DNA of 63,486 nt, the filler included, from Octopus bimaculoides (lineage: Eukaryota): the NCBI RefSeq assembly GCF_001194135.2. It is 6 parts of 5 records of this genome, joined end to end, with 100 filler letters (N's around TTAATTAATTAA, not from the genome) between each part and the next. Parts side by side here need not be neighbours in the genome. Positions count along the whole stretch, not along the records: positions 1 to 20,302 come from NC_068983.1; positions 20,403 to 35,758 come from NC_068988.1; 4 more parts are not named here. One strand, 5' to 3'. Under the pieces are notes generated by a model, which was given only the letters and a program-made list of their open reading frames with translations, had not been told where the DNA came from and searched no databases. Positions 12,710 through 23,178 of this stretch are shown here, piece by piece; position 1 is the first letter of the stretch, and the number at the start of each line of letters is the position of its first letter. The translations under genes and the position numbers were made by a program.

Positions 12710-13019
12710 AAACTATATAGTGCGTGTTTTTATTTGACAAAAAAAAAATGACCGTCCCGAAATACAACAATATCGGTTTCAACACATGATTCCACATCAG
12801 GAATCTTGCAACACAAATTAATAACCGTATTTCTTTATTATATAGAAATATGGTAGCAAACTGACAGAACCATTAGTACACCAGACAAAATACTTAGCGG
12901 CATTTCGTACTAGTGAAGTACTGGGGTCGATGTAATCGACTAGTCTCCACACCCAGCCCATCTAAAGCATTCATGCTATGTACCCAAAGAAGAGATGAAT
13001 TGTTATTATATAGAAATTG

Positions 13020-13230
13020 AAGGCAGTGCACCGGCAGAAACTTAGCACTTCAAACAAAACGCTTTGCAGCATTTCTTCTGGCTGTATATTCTGAGTTCAA
13101 ATTCCACTGAGGGAGACTTTTCCTTTCATCCCTTCGGGGTCGGTAAAATATGTACTAGTTGAGCGTCCTGGGTCGATGCTACTGACTTATTTCGGCCTTT
13201 AAAACTGCCTTGTGCTAAAATTTGAACTAT
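13020..13230 (+). mobile_element. SINE family B, diverged
   Basis: aggcagtgca..ggcagaaac..ttagcac...ttctgagttcaaattcc...ctttcatcccttcggggtcggtaaaat. Confidence 0.75.
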
Positions 13231-13479
13231 TATATATAGAAATTGTTAATTTGGTTGAAATGCATTAACCATAATTTGTATGAAAATGTGTGAAAACGTG
13301 TCATATTTAAAAAATAAAAAGCCGTCGTCATTATATAAAAAAAGATTCTGCTGAAGTCTGAACTCGAGTCGATGGGTTTAGTTTAATAACTTTTATATCA
13401 TTAAACAGAAATACTCTCCGCGGCATTGATCAATACGTATACTTCTACACTATGACACTAGCTTTATTAACAAATATCT

Positions 13480-13628
13480 TGTTTCTTTATTGCCCACAAG
13501 GGGCTAAACATAGAGGGGACAAACAAGGACAGACAAAGGGATTAAGTCGATTACATCGACCCCAGTGCGTAACTGGTACTTAATTTATCGACCCCGAAAG
13601 GATGAAAGGCAAAGTCGACCTCGGCGGA
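13480..13628 (-). mobile_element. SINE family B (alternative tail), 5'-truncated, with 20-bp TSD
   Basis: Perfect direct repeat agctttattaacaaatatct at 13460-13479 and 13629-13648. Body is ccgccgaggtcgactttgcctttcatcctttcggggtcgataaattaagtaccag on the minus strand. Confidence 0.92.
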
Positions 13629-14323
13629 AGCTTTATTAACAAATATCTATGAAAGGAAATTTCTTGATACAAGCATTAATATCATTACGAAAACTCATAT
13701 TGAATCTGATACTAGTGTGCCAAGATTTAAGCACTTGATAGATGGTTCTAATATTGAGGAAATATAATCAGCTAATATATAATTCAGTGATAAGAGAATT
13801 ATTGTTAGCAATTTGAGATGTGATTCTATACAGCGGCTGTTAGCTATTTGTCACAGAATTATTATGTTGGTTCATGCAAACAGATTGGACCATTTAACCT
13901 TGTCTTTTATGTTTCCAGCTAAATACACGATTACGAATGTGATCAATATTTATCACGATAGTAATACTCATCTAAAGAGTACTACCAGATACTTTTACAG
14001 CGGGTGCTTAAATATGTGGTGAAAATAATACAGATGTGATATTTGAGCCTCCGGAAGGGGCGAGTGTATAGAAATGATGTCTGGTTATATTTTAAATGGT
14101 GCATTTAGTTTTGAAGCCAAAAATAATGACATATGAAACAAAATCTACGCGATTTCGGGTTCAATGCTACTTTGTGGCACCTTGGGCAAGTTTCTTCTAC
14201 TTTAGTTCCAAAACAACCAATACCAGGTGAATTTGATAGACAGAGAAATTTGCGGAAGTCTGTCCTATATATGCATATGTGTCATTGTGTTTATTCCTTC
14301 CATTGTTTGAAAACCAGTTTTAG

Positions 14324-14560
14324 TTTGTTTACATCCTCAGGGTGGAAGGAAGAGTTCCACGTTGCTTTAGATGTGGCTTGAAGGGACACATAAGAGCAGG
14401 ATGTACATCGAAACCAAGAAAAAAGCAACCAGAAAATGCGGAAGAGAAGATAGAAGAGAGTTGCAGAAAGGAAGTAACCGAAAAAGAAAAGGAAGTAGCG
14501 GAAATAGGAAAAAATACATGGCAAGAAGTAACAGGAAAAAAAACGAAAAAACGCAAGTGA
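14324..14560 (+). pseudogene. LINE ORF1-like fragment with CCHC zinc knuckle
   Basis: ILRVEGRVPRCFRCGLKGHIRAGC (C-X2-C-X4-H-X4-C) followed by a K/E-rich tail. Parallels VSVEGRRPVCYVCSSKTHLRNTC at 35600-35660. Confidence 0.7.
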
Positions 14561-15119
14561 GCTAAATTGTAACCCACATTCCACACCCATCCCATTCACA
14601 CCCTCTCAGACCCACCTACTCCCTGCAGACACTAGGCCTATCCATTCCCATCCGAAACAAAAACAAGAGGCAAACACATACAAAGTAACCCAAAACCCCT
14701 CCCCCAAGTCAAAAAAGAGAAGGAAAAAATGTAGGATTTATATGTTGCTTAGCGACGAACTGTTAAGGGATACGGCGGAATGGGATATAAAGTGTATTGG
14801 AACTGCATGGTATGATAATGTGGAGGAACATCACTTGTGTGTAATACCGGGCAAGAGGCAGGAGGAAAAAATACAGGAGTATATGGTTGGATTTTATTTT
14901 TGGGAGGTGGACTGCAGCTGGAGTTCATTCCCAGGATTTACTACGAACGATGGGTGGTTGGAGGAAACAGGTATCGATGTGTTAGAAGGTTCAGGATTTA
15001 AAAAGTAGAAAATGAGGCCACTCGTAAGTGGGGCGAGTGATTCCATTTCCATTTTATCATTTTCATGTCTTCATACATTATAACATTCATTTTATTTCTT
15101 ATATATTTTATGTCCAACA

Positions 15120-15330
15120 TATTTTGTTTGTCACCTCTATGTTTAGCCCCCGGTGGACAATAAAGAAATTGGTATTTCGTTTGTCTTTATGTTCTGAGTT
15201 CAAATTCCGCCGAGGTCGACTTTGCCTTTCGGGATCGAAAAATTAAGTACTAGTTGCGTATTGGGGTTAATCTAATCGACTGGCCCCCTCCGCCAAAATT
15301 TTGGGCTTTGTACTCAGAGTAGAAAAGAAT
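15120..15330 (+). mobile_element. SINE family B, composite (tail variant 1 joined to body + tail variant 2)
   Basis: ctctatgtttagcccc..ggacaataaagaaa is joined directly to ggtatttcg...gttctgagttcaaattccgccgaggtcgactttgcc...agagtagaaaagaat. Confidence 0.8.
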
Positions 15331-15451
15331 ATGTATGTGTAGTGTTACTTGATCAGGGTTTTCTTTAACTTGATAAAACAAAACCCAGAAATTAGTGTAT
15401 ATGTGTGTATGCATTATGTACGCGTATGCTTATTTCTGTGTGTGAGAATTT

Positions 15452-16427
15452 GGATCTTTTCCCTTTGAACGGCACATCGAGAAATTAATTTTTTGTAACT
15501 AAACACTTTGAAACTTCGGACACTGGTAGAATGTGTCATATAAAACATCTTTCACTCTTAGTGTTGTTGAGAAAAGTTTATATTTTTAAAGTTATTTCGT
15601 GTTAAAATTGTCGTATTTCGGTAATTTCAACCAATGAATGACGTGTGTTCAGCTGAATAAAATTACTGCCGTTGTTTGTCAACAATAACTATCGGCGGTA
15701 TAGATTTTGTTTGTCACTGTTATTTATGACATCGTTCGTGCGTTTGTACTGGTTTTAGCTTTAGGGTTTTGGGCTCAGGGTTAGGGTTTTAGGGTTAGGG
15801 ATAGGGTTTTAGAGTTAGGGTTGGGTTAGGGTTAGGGCTTTAGGATTAGGGTTCGGGTTTTAGAGTTAGGGTTAGGGTTGGGATTTTATGGTTAAGGTTT
15901 AAGGGTTACGGTTAGGGTTGGGTCTTAGAGTTAGGGTTAGGGTTGGAATTTTAGGGTTAGAGTTACGGAAAATTTGAAAAATGAAGAAATTGGAGGGATA
16001 GGGGGCAAAAATGTCTTTCCGAAAATAGTAGCTGAAAAACAGGAAAAAGATAAAAGCATTGGAAATATACGAACCGTTGTGGTGGTGCCATGAAGTAAAC
16101 ATGCTTCAGATACACTCTTTTATTCATACAAACGTAACTGAGATTAAATATGTCATAAATAACAGTAACAAACGAAATATACACCGCTGGAAGTTGTTGT
16201 TGACAAATAGCAGTAATTGTTTTCACCTCAATAGACGTCATTGGTTGGTTGAAATTACCGAAATACGACAACTTTAATGCGAAATAACTTCGAAAATACA
16301 CAATTTTCTCAAAAACGCCAAGAGTAAATGATGTTTTATGTGACACATTCTTCCAGCATACGAATTTTGAAAGTGTTTAGTTACGAAAAATTATTTTTTA
16401 AATGTGCTGGCCAAAGGGAAAAGATCC
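15452..16427. mobile_element. Non-autonomous long-TIR DNA transposon (Mutator/Merlin-like) carrying telomeric-type repeats
   Basis: TIRs 15452-15732 and 16150-16427 (~280 bp, roughly 80% identical by eye; terminal GGATCTTTTCCCTTTG identical). Perfect 8-bp TSD GAGAATTT at 15444-15451 and 16428-16435. Confidence 0.9.
15755..15968 (+). repeat. Degenerate (TTAGGG)n interstitial telomeric-like array
   Basis: ttagggttttgggctcagggttagggttttagggttagggatagggttttagagttagggttgggttagggttaggg... with TTAGAG/TTTTAGGG variants. Confidence 0.9.
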
Positions 16428-16749
16428 GAGAATTTCATTCTTAAAACCATGTACTTTCATTCACATGAATATCCCACATTATAAGGATTCATACTTTTAA
16501 TTTCTAAGGATTTGTATTCCTATTTAGATTATATGGTGTAGTTACTTCACTATTATGCACTTTATGTTTAAGTTACAAATCTTTTCATTCTTTTGATTGA
16601 ACCAGCTATTCTCACTCTTTACAGATATTGGCCTTATGCAAGTTTCTCTTACGACTAACACGGATTAACCATATCGATTTCATAAAAAATGTACTTCGAA
16701 ATTTTCAAAAGGAAATTGTGTTCGAAAGTTACCCAAGAAGAAATATTCA

Positions 16750-18350
16750 CTTGTAAGTTAAAATATACATCAGTGATGATTGCCTTCGTGTAGGTTCTAA
16801 TTTGCTTAGTTGATAATTTAATATAAAATTCGATTGGATTGTTACTTTTATAAACAAAAAGTTAAGTGTTAACACTTTGCACCTAAAAGAAGTGGCAAAA
16901 GATGGACGTGCAAGGATTAAACATAAATGAGGGGTTTCATTATTTCTAAGCACGCGATATAAGTATTTTTGCATTTCTGTCTCAAACAGCTTAACAACCG
17001 TTTTTGTACAGCGCTTCCCTGGATCGTCGAAACTTTGTTTTAATGAAAATTTACTGATCAAAATTTCATAGAATTTTTATCCAAATCTGTTTTCTTATAT
17101 AGGTATACTGTAATTCAATGTATGAATCGCTTCAAGATTCACATATTGAGGGTGTAAAATACTTGTAAGCATAGAGAATGTAAAAGTACATAGTTTATTT
17201 AAGATTCTACAGTTTATCTAAGATTCTGCTGTTCCTTTTTAGAACACTAAATTAATTGTTCCAAATTCGCTCAAGTTGTCTCATGAATGTTGCATGAAGT
17301 TCATTGATTATAACTGACTATATAGCATGTAATTCACTCGCTTAAAATTTGTCGCAGTGACTTGTTGCCAATTGAAAATGTAATTTTAATACTTTTCACT
17401 GACCAGGAACTTTTTTACAGTTACTTCTCGCTAATCAACTTGTGGTTGAAAAGGAAAATCATTTTCAGTCGCTCCTCACCATCTTGATAAATTAATTATT
17501 TCTTTGTAAGATTCTCTTCACAGCGCTGATCCATGAGACCAGTTTTAAGCTTCCCTTGAAAGACAGCCAATGTTAGAAGGTAATTCTCCTGCAGCATGGG
17601 AATACATTTAATGGAAAGAGTGGCAAATGAATTTTACAAGGTTCAAATTTGGTTTAGCTAATTTCATTAACGTGTAAAGAGAATTATTAACGCTACAAAG
17701 GCTTGAAACTCCATTTGCTGCAATAGAGAAGCAGTTATATAAAATATTAATTCCCACATCACTCAAGAACTTTTTCACGACTTTATGCAAGACTACAGCA
17801 GTAGTTTTTCTAGCATGAATTAATACTATGATACAATTTTATTTTGTCGTTAATTGCAATGTCTTACACGCACTCACACACATACTTTTCTCAAACAGTA
17901 TCATCAAGTGAGGATGGAGCAATAATATTATTACAAGAACCCTGTATTTTGTTCTATGCAGTTTCAGATCAGTTGCAAGTAATGAAGGAATTCCTTCATT
18001 AATAATTTGTTGATGCAGTGAATATTTACATGACAAGGTACAGAAGCTGATAACTGTTACTTTGATAGTATGTTGAGAATTTGAGTTTATTACAGTACTA
18101 TTTTTAATGTTTAATTTAACCCTCTCATTACAAAATTTTTCATGAAATCAACTGCCTTCGCTTCAAATAATTTGGAAAATAATAAAAAAAAAATTGTTTA
18201 TAGTAACTTTGTTATTATTAAGCTGATGTATGGAAAAAAAAAATAGCGTGAAATTTTGAAGAAAGGTTTTTTTAAGATCATTTTCTGTCATAGAACCAAA
18301 CGCGATCATAGGGCTGATATCTTTTAGTGATATTGTATTTTCCCCATTGC
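16750..18350 (-). pseudogene. hAT-superfamily transposase remnant
   Basis: Minus-strand fragments LKLHRTK, NGVSSLCSVNNSLYTLMK..PNLNLVKFICHSFH (C-X2-H motif, cf. CVCHSLHL) and PGQ*KVLKLHFQLA. Many stops/frameshifts; TIRs not found. Confidence 0.65.
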
Positions 18351-19954
18351 ACATTTTACATAAATTTTGGTTGCTATTATTTTATTTCTCTGACCTAGTT
18401 TGAACATTCTGGATCCAACAACCAGGATATTTGAGACTATTTTTCAAGTCTACTTGTGCATTGTGTAAATGAGTATGGTTTTTGAGTAGTCTGAACACAC
18501 TAAGTATTTAAAATATTTAGTTCGGACAGAAATTCGTCTTGTGACCAAATGACTGCTACCAGCATATTCTGGCTCACTTTTATAACTGGTAGGACCTACA
18601 TGGCTGCTCAACATGCTAAAAATAGCAACGAAATGTCTTTTAACTGGTAAGTCTCCATCTTAAATAGAAATGTACCGGAGAAAATATTATGTTAGTACTG
18701 ATTTTACATTCTCATCTTGTCCCAGATACTTGTAATATGCATTTGAATGCAATTACACCAGTCTTAGTTTTATACGTATGCTCCATATAACTGTTTATTA
18801 ATTCCATTGTATATTACACTGAGGTTATAGTTGACACTGATTTAGAGGTGGCTTATATTTTAGCCATATTATTTTGTCCACTAAGTATTAATTAATATGC
18901 AATTTTAACCCTTTGTTTGTCCTGTGTATCACATGTGCTGTACAGGACACATTTCCCTGGCGTCCATGACATACATTTCCATTGTTTTCAACTGCCAGTG
19001 TAACTTGGGATTTATTAAAGGTAAATTTTAGATTACTCAGAACACATAAAACAAAGGCTAGCTAAAAATCTGGTCGCCATATTTATAGTATATGTATGAT
19101 TTCTTGTATGTGTGTATACCGCATGTGTTTGTGTGCGTTAGTACGTGTGCGTGTATCAGTGTGTGCGTGCGTTCGTGCGTGCGTGCTTTCGTGCGTGCGA
19201 GCTTGTGTGTGCTTACTAAAAGTCTGAAAACAAGCATGGACGCTTAAAACAACCGTATGCAAATGCTTTGCACATGCAAATGCTTTGCACATGCAAAAGT
19301 TTAAGAGTCCTTAAAACGTTTAGTTGTGAATAAATATAACACAATCCACAACTTGAGATTTAATTTTGTATAGATTTTTGTTTAAATCCTTTCATTGTAT
19401 TGGAGAGAACTTACATAGCGTGCAATACGTGGACTGTGTGCTTGAAGAATTCTTTGGTTTATCCGTTTAGGTGTATAAATTATTGCCTACGTTCTGCTTA
19501 GATATCTGTGTATAAATATTTGTATGCGACCTTCCCTGCATTCTACAGAACGGTTTTCTATATGTTGTGTTGCCTTCGCATACATGGTAATTACCGAATA
19601 TCGGACTGACTACTATGGTCGCCATCTTTATAGTATATGTATGAGTTCTTGTATGCGTGTATCCCGCATGTGTTTGTGTACGTCACTACGTGTGTATATC
19701 AGTGTGTGCGTGCGTGCGTGCTTGTGTGTGCATATGCGTGTCCGTCTGCGCACCCATATGTGTGCGTTAGTATGTGCGTGTGTGTATGTGTGTGTGTGTG
19801 TGTGTGTGCAACCGTTTTTCCGTTCCTGCGTAAGNNNNNNNNNNTGTGCAACCGTTTTTCCGTTCCTGCGTAAGTGTGCAACCGTGCTTTCGTATGTGCA
19901 CTTCGTGCCTGCATAAGTGTAATGTATGTTTGTGTATGCATATCTTTTGATTAT

Positions 19955-20302
19955 GTGGAGGCGCAATGGCCCAGTGGTTAGGGCAGCGGACTCGCGGTCA
20001 TAGGATCGTGGTTTCGATTCCCAGACCGAGCGTTGTGAGTGTTTATTGAGCGAAAACACCTAAAGCTCCACGTGGCTCCGGCAGGGGATGGTGGTGAACC
20101 CTGCTGTACTCTTCCACCTCAACTTTCTCTCACTCTTACTTCCTGTTTCTGTTGTTCCTGTAATTCAAAGAGTCAGCCTTGTCACACTGTGTCACGCTGA
20201 ATATCCCCGAGAACTAAGTTAGGGGTACACGTGTCTGTGGAGTGCTCAGCCACTTGCACGTTAATTTCACGAGCAGGCTGTTCCGTTGATCGGATCAACT
20301 GG
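19955..20302 (+). mobile_element. SINE family A (tRNA-Arg-like head), truncated by gap
   Basis: gtggaggcgcaatggcccagtggttagggcagcggactcgcggtcataggatcgtggtttcgattccc; A box TGGCCCAGTGG, B box GTTTCGATTCC, TCG in anticodon position. Confidence 0.95.
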
Positions 20303-20346
20303 NNNNNNNNNNNNNNNNNNNNNNNNNNNNNNNNNNNNNNNNNNNN

Positions 20347-20358
20347 TTAATTAATTAA
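20347..20358. other. Artificial scaffold linker TTAATTAATTAA (also 35803-35814, 54188-54199, 55871-55882, 60790-60801)
   Basis: Identical 12-mer centred in ~100-bp N blocks; it encodes stops in all six frames. Confidence 0.95.
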
Positions 20359-20402
20359 NNNNNNNNNNNNNNNNNNNNNNNNNNNNNNNNNNNNNNNNNN
20401 NN

Positions 20403-20666
20403 AAGTATACGTAAACAAACCAGCACCGGTTATCAAGTGACAATGGGAGAGAGACCAACGGCACACATTCATACACACGCACACGCAGATATAGACTCAC
20501 CTGTCTTATATATATACACGAGGGCTTCCACCTAGTTTCAGGATACCAAAATCACTGGCGTTGGTTGGCCTGGGGCTACAGAAGAAGATACCTGCTCAAA
20601 GTTCCCTGCCGCAGGATTGAACCTGAGACCATTTAGTTGCGAAGCGAACTCCTCAACCGCACGGCC

Positions 20667-20668
<2 letters not shown>
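20403..20668 (-). mobile_element. SINE family C (CORE-like) copy
   Basis: Minus strand: tggccgtgcggttgaggagttcgcttcgcaac...ggtctcaggttcaatcctgcggcagggaactttgagcaggtatcttcttctgtagcccc; matches 35915, 44410 and 58581. Confidence 0.7.
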
Positions 20669-20724
<56 letters not shown>

Positions 20725-20750
20725 GTATTCTGTGTGCGCGCACATATGTG

Positions 20751-20792
<42 letters not shown>

Positions 20793-20815
20793 ATAACACA
20801 AATGGGGTAAGATTT

Positions 20816-20890
20816 ACTACAGCTGTTTCAGACGTATTTTTATTGGTTTCTATTGATGAGCAAATCAATTAAATCATGTCAAGTGTCTGT
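20816..20890 (-). ncRNA. Hammerhead-like family copy H2 (core degenerate)
   Basis: Minus strand: ...gctcatcaat...aaaaatacgtctGAAACAGCTGTAgt...ccatttgt, then (TG)n. The CUGANGA box is disrupted. Confidence 0.3.
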
Positions 20891-22844
20891 TTTCTTTCTT
20901 TTGTTGGTGAATTAAAATCAGTATAAAATTTCTAATTTAGGATTTTCCACACAGAGTATAGCATACATATTAGCTCTCTCATCTCCAGTTGAGAGAGTAT
21001 ATATGTAGTGTTTCTCACTCTCTTAGTGTGTACACACATATATATACGCATGTACAAATTGAAAACTGTCGCATCTCTTCGGCCCCTTGGCTATAACCAA
21101 ACTTTTTGAAAGTAAATGACAATGGTTTAAAAACTAACAGGAGCCTGCTGTCACAGAAGTCTACACACTCCTAAATTTTGCCTATTGAATCCCATATCTT
21201 CGGATGATCTGTGTAAAGCGTCAAGACCTCCTGTAAATCCGTCTCCCCGTCGCTCTGGAGATATTACCGATTGAAGCTCTGAAATGCCACATATTGAAAT
21301 TTGAAATTGATAATATTATTACTGTTTTGATATAGGCTGCGGGTTAGCAGAATCGGTAGCATCTCTGACAAATATTGAGCAGCACTTCAGCTTGGTCTTT
21401 TCGTGCTAAGGTTATGTTTTACCGCTATCACATATTTGTCTCCACTAAACTCTTGTTGATAATATAAGTACCAACTGAGCACTGGTGTCGATGTGATGAA
21501 CTGAGCCACTNNNNNNNNNNNNNNNNNNNNNNNNNNNNNNNNNNNNNNNNNNNNNNNNNNNNNNNNNNNNNNNNNNNNNNNNNNNNNNNNNNNNNNNNNN
21601 NNNNNNNNNNNNNNNNNNNNNNNNNNNNNNNNNNNNNNNNNNNNNNNNNNNNNNNNNNNNNNNNNNNNNNNNNNNNNNNNNNNNNNNNNNNNNNNNNNNN
21701 NNNNNNNNNNNNNNNNNNNNNNNNNNNNNNNNNNNNNNNNNNNNNNNNNNNNNNNNNNNNNNNNNNNNNNNNNNNNNNNNNNNNNNNNNNNNNNNNNNNN
21801 NNNNNNNNNNNNNNNNNNNNNNNNNNNNNNNNNNNNNNNNNNNNNNNNNNNNNNNNNNNNNNNNNNNNNNNNNNNNNNNNNNNNNNNNNNNNNNNNNNNN
21901 NNNNNNNNNNNNNNNNNNNNNNNNNNNNNNNNNNNNNNNNNNNNNNNNNNNNNNNNNNNNNNNNNNNNNNNNNNNNNNNNNNNNNNNNNNNNNNNNNNNN
22001 NNNNNNNNNNNNNNNNNNNNNNNNNNNNNNNNNNNNNNNNNNNNNNNNNNNNNNNNNNNNNNNNNNNNNNNNNNNNNNNNNNNNNNNNNNNNNNNNNNNN
22101 NNNNNNNNNNNNNNNNNNNNNNNNNNNNTATATATATGTACGTATGTATGTATGTATGTATGTATGTATGTATGTATGTATGTATGTATGTATGGGTTTG
22201 TGCGTATATGTCTATACGTTTGCGTGAGTGCCTGAGTGTGTGCTTGAGAGTGTGTATGCGCGTATTTATCTGTACAAACACAGATTTTATTTTTATGTAT
22301 TTATAGACTTACAGGAATCTAATCGTCGAGTTGTTATATGTCTATATAACACAGTTACGTAGCAAAGTGTACATACTGAGCAAGTAAACAATGAATGCTT
22401 AACGTATTTTCCTGAAAAGAAATTTCATGTTTTACTCCTTGTACGTATATATTTGATAGCTGCTATAAATATATATATAAGTGGCCGAAATCCAGTATAG
22501 ATCATAGATCAACGTGTATCTTTGGATTCAGGCCTAATTTTGATGGATGGTCTATAGTTGGTGTTTGGCCAAACATGCTGCCTATTTTTATACGACGGCC
22601 TGGCGTTTTGGTACATTGAACAAGAAACCCACTGTTTCAGCAATTATAATTAAAAGACAACAAACTACCAAACTGTCCAAAACTGCTCCCCTTTCTATGA
22701 TACAAACTTTCTGTTTTTAATTGATCTGAATTATAGTCAGCAAAATTTCAGGGAAATGTATGCTCCTAAACACAGATTAATAGAGACAAAGTTACTTTAA
22801 TAAATTTTTCATTATTTTTAAAATTGATTGAGACTGTAAAAAAA

Positions 22845-23178
22845 GGGCCACTTCGGTCATGAATGACCATGGGATTGCACTTAGAAAGTTCCCCTCCAAA
22901 GTACAAGTCCAGGCAAGGTTGTTTATGGAAGACCAATAGTTGCCCATGCATATCAGCCTCCCCAGTTCCTGCCACCGATGTTATCCAAGGGACAAGTAAA
23001 GGCCGATACAACTTGGCACTGGTGGCGTCGCAAATCATTTCTACAGTTGAGTGACCTGGAGCAACGTGAAATAAAAGTTTTGCTTAAGAACACAATACGC
23101 AGCCCGGTCCGAGAATCGAAGTCTCTACCTCATGATTGTGAGCTCGATGCTCTAACCACTGAGTCAAGCGCATTTCAA
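22845..23178 (-). mobile_element. SINE family D (tRNA head + CORE-like segment + GC-rich 3' domain)
   Basis: Minus strand: tgcgcttgactcagtggttagagcatcgagctcacaatcatgaggtagagacttcgattctcggaccgggctgcgtattgtgttcttaagcaaaac... with A and B boxes. Confidence 0.8.

Larger units (their letters stand above)
10255..12772. mobile_element. Large foldback/long-TIR element with ~330-420 bp inverted arms and nested insertions
   Basis: 10255-10672 is the diverged reverse complement of 11773-12042 plus 12718-12772 (e.g. ttcttcactcgtttattaatgttc / gaacattaataaacgagtgaagaa; gttgtatttcgggac / gtcccgaaatacaac). The centre is partly a gap. Confidence 0.75.

Noticed and set aside
15755-15968. True telomere or chromosome-fusion scar
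   Set aside because: The array is short, degenerate and enclosed by TIRs with a TSD.
19806-19880. 29-bp repeat tgtgcaaccgtttttccgttcctgcgtaag on both sides of a 10-N gap
   Set aside because: Typical contig-overlap artefact.
19955-20030. tRNA genes at SINE heads
   Set aside because: A/B boxes are present but there is no acceptor stem, and each continues into a multi-copy SINE body.
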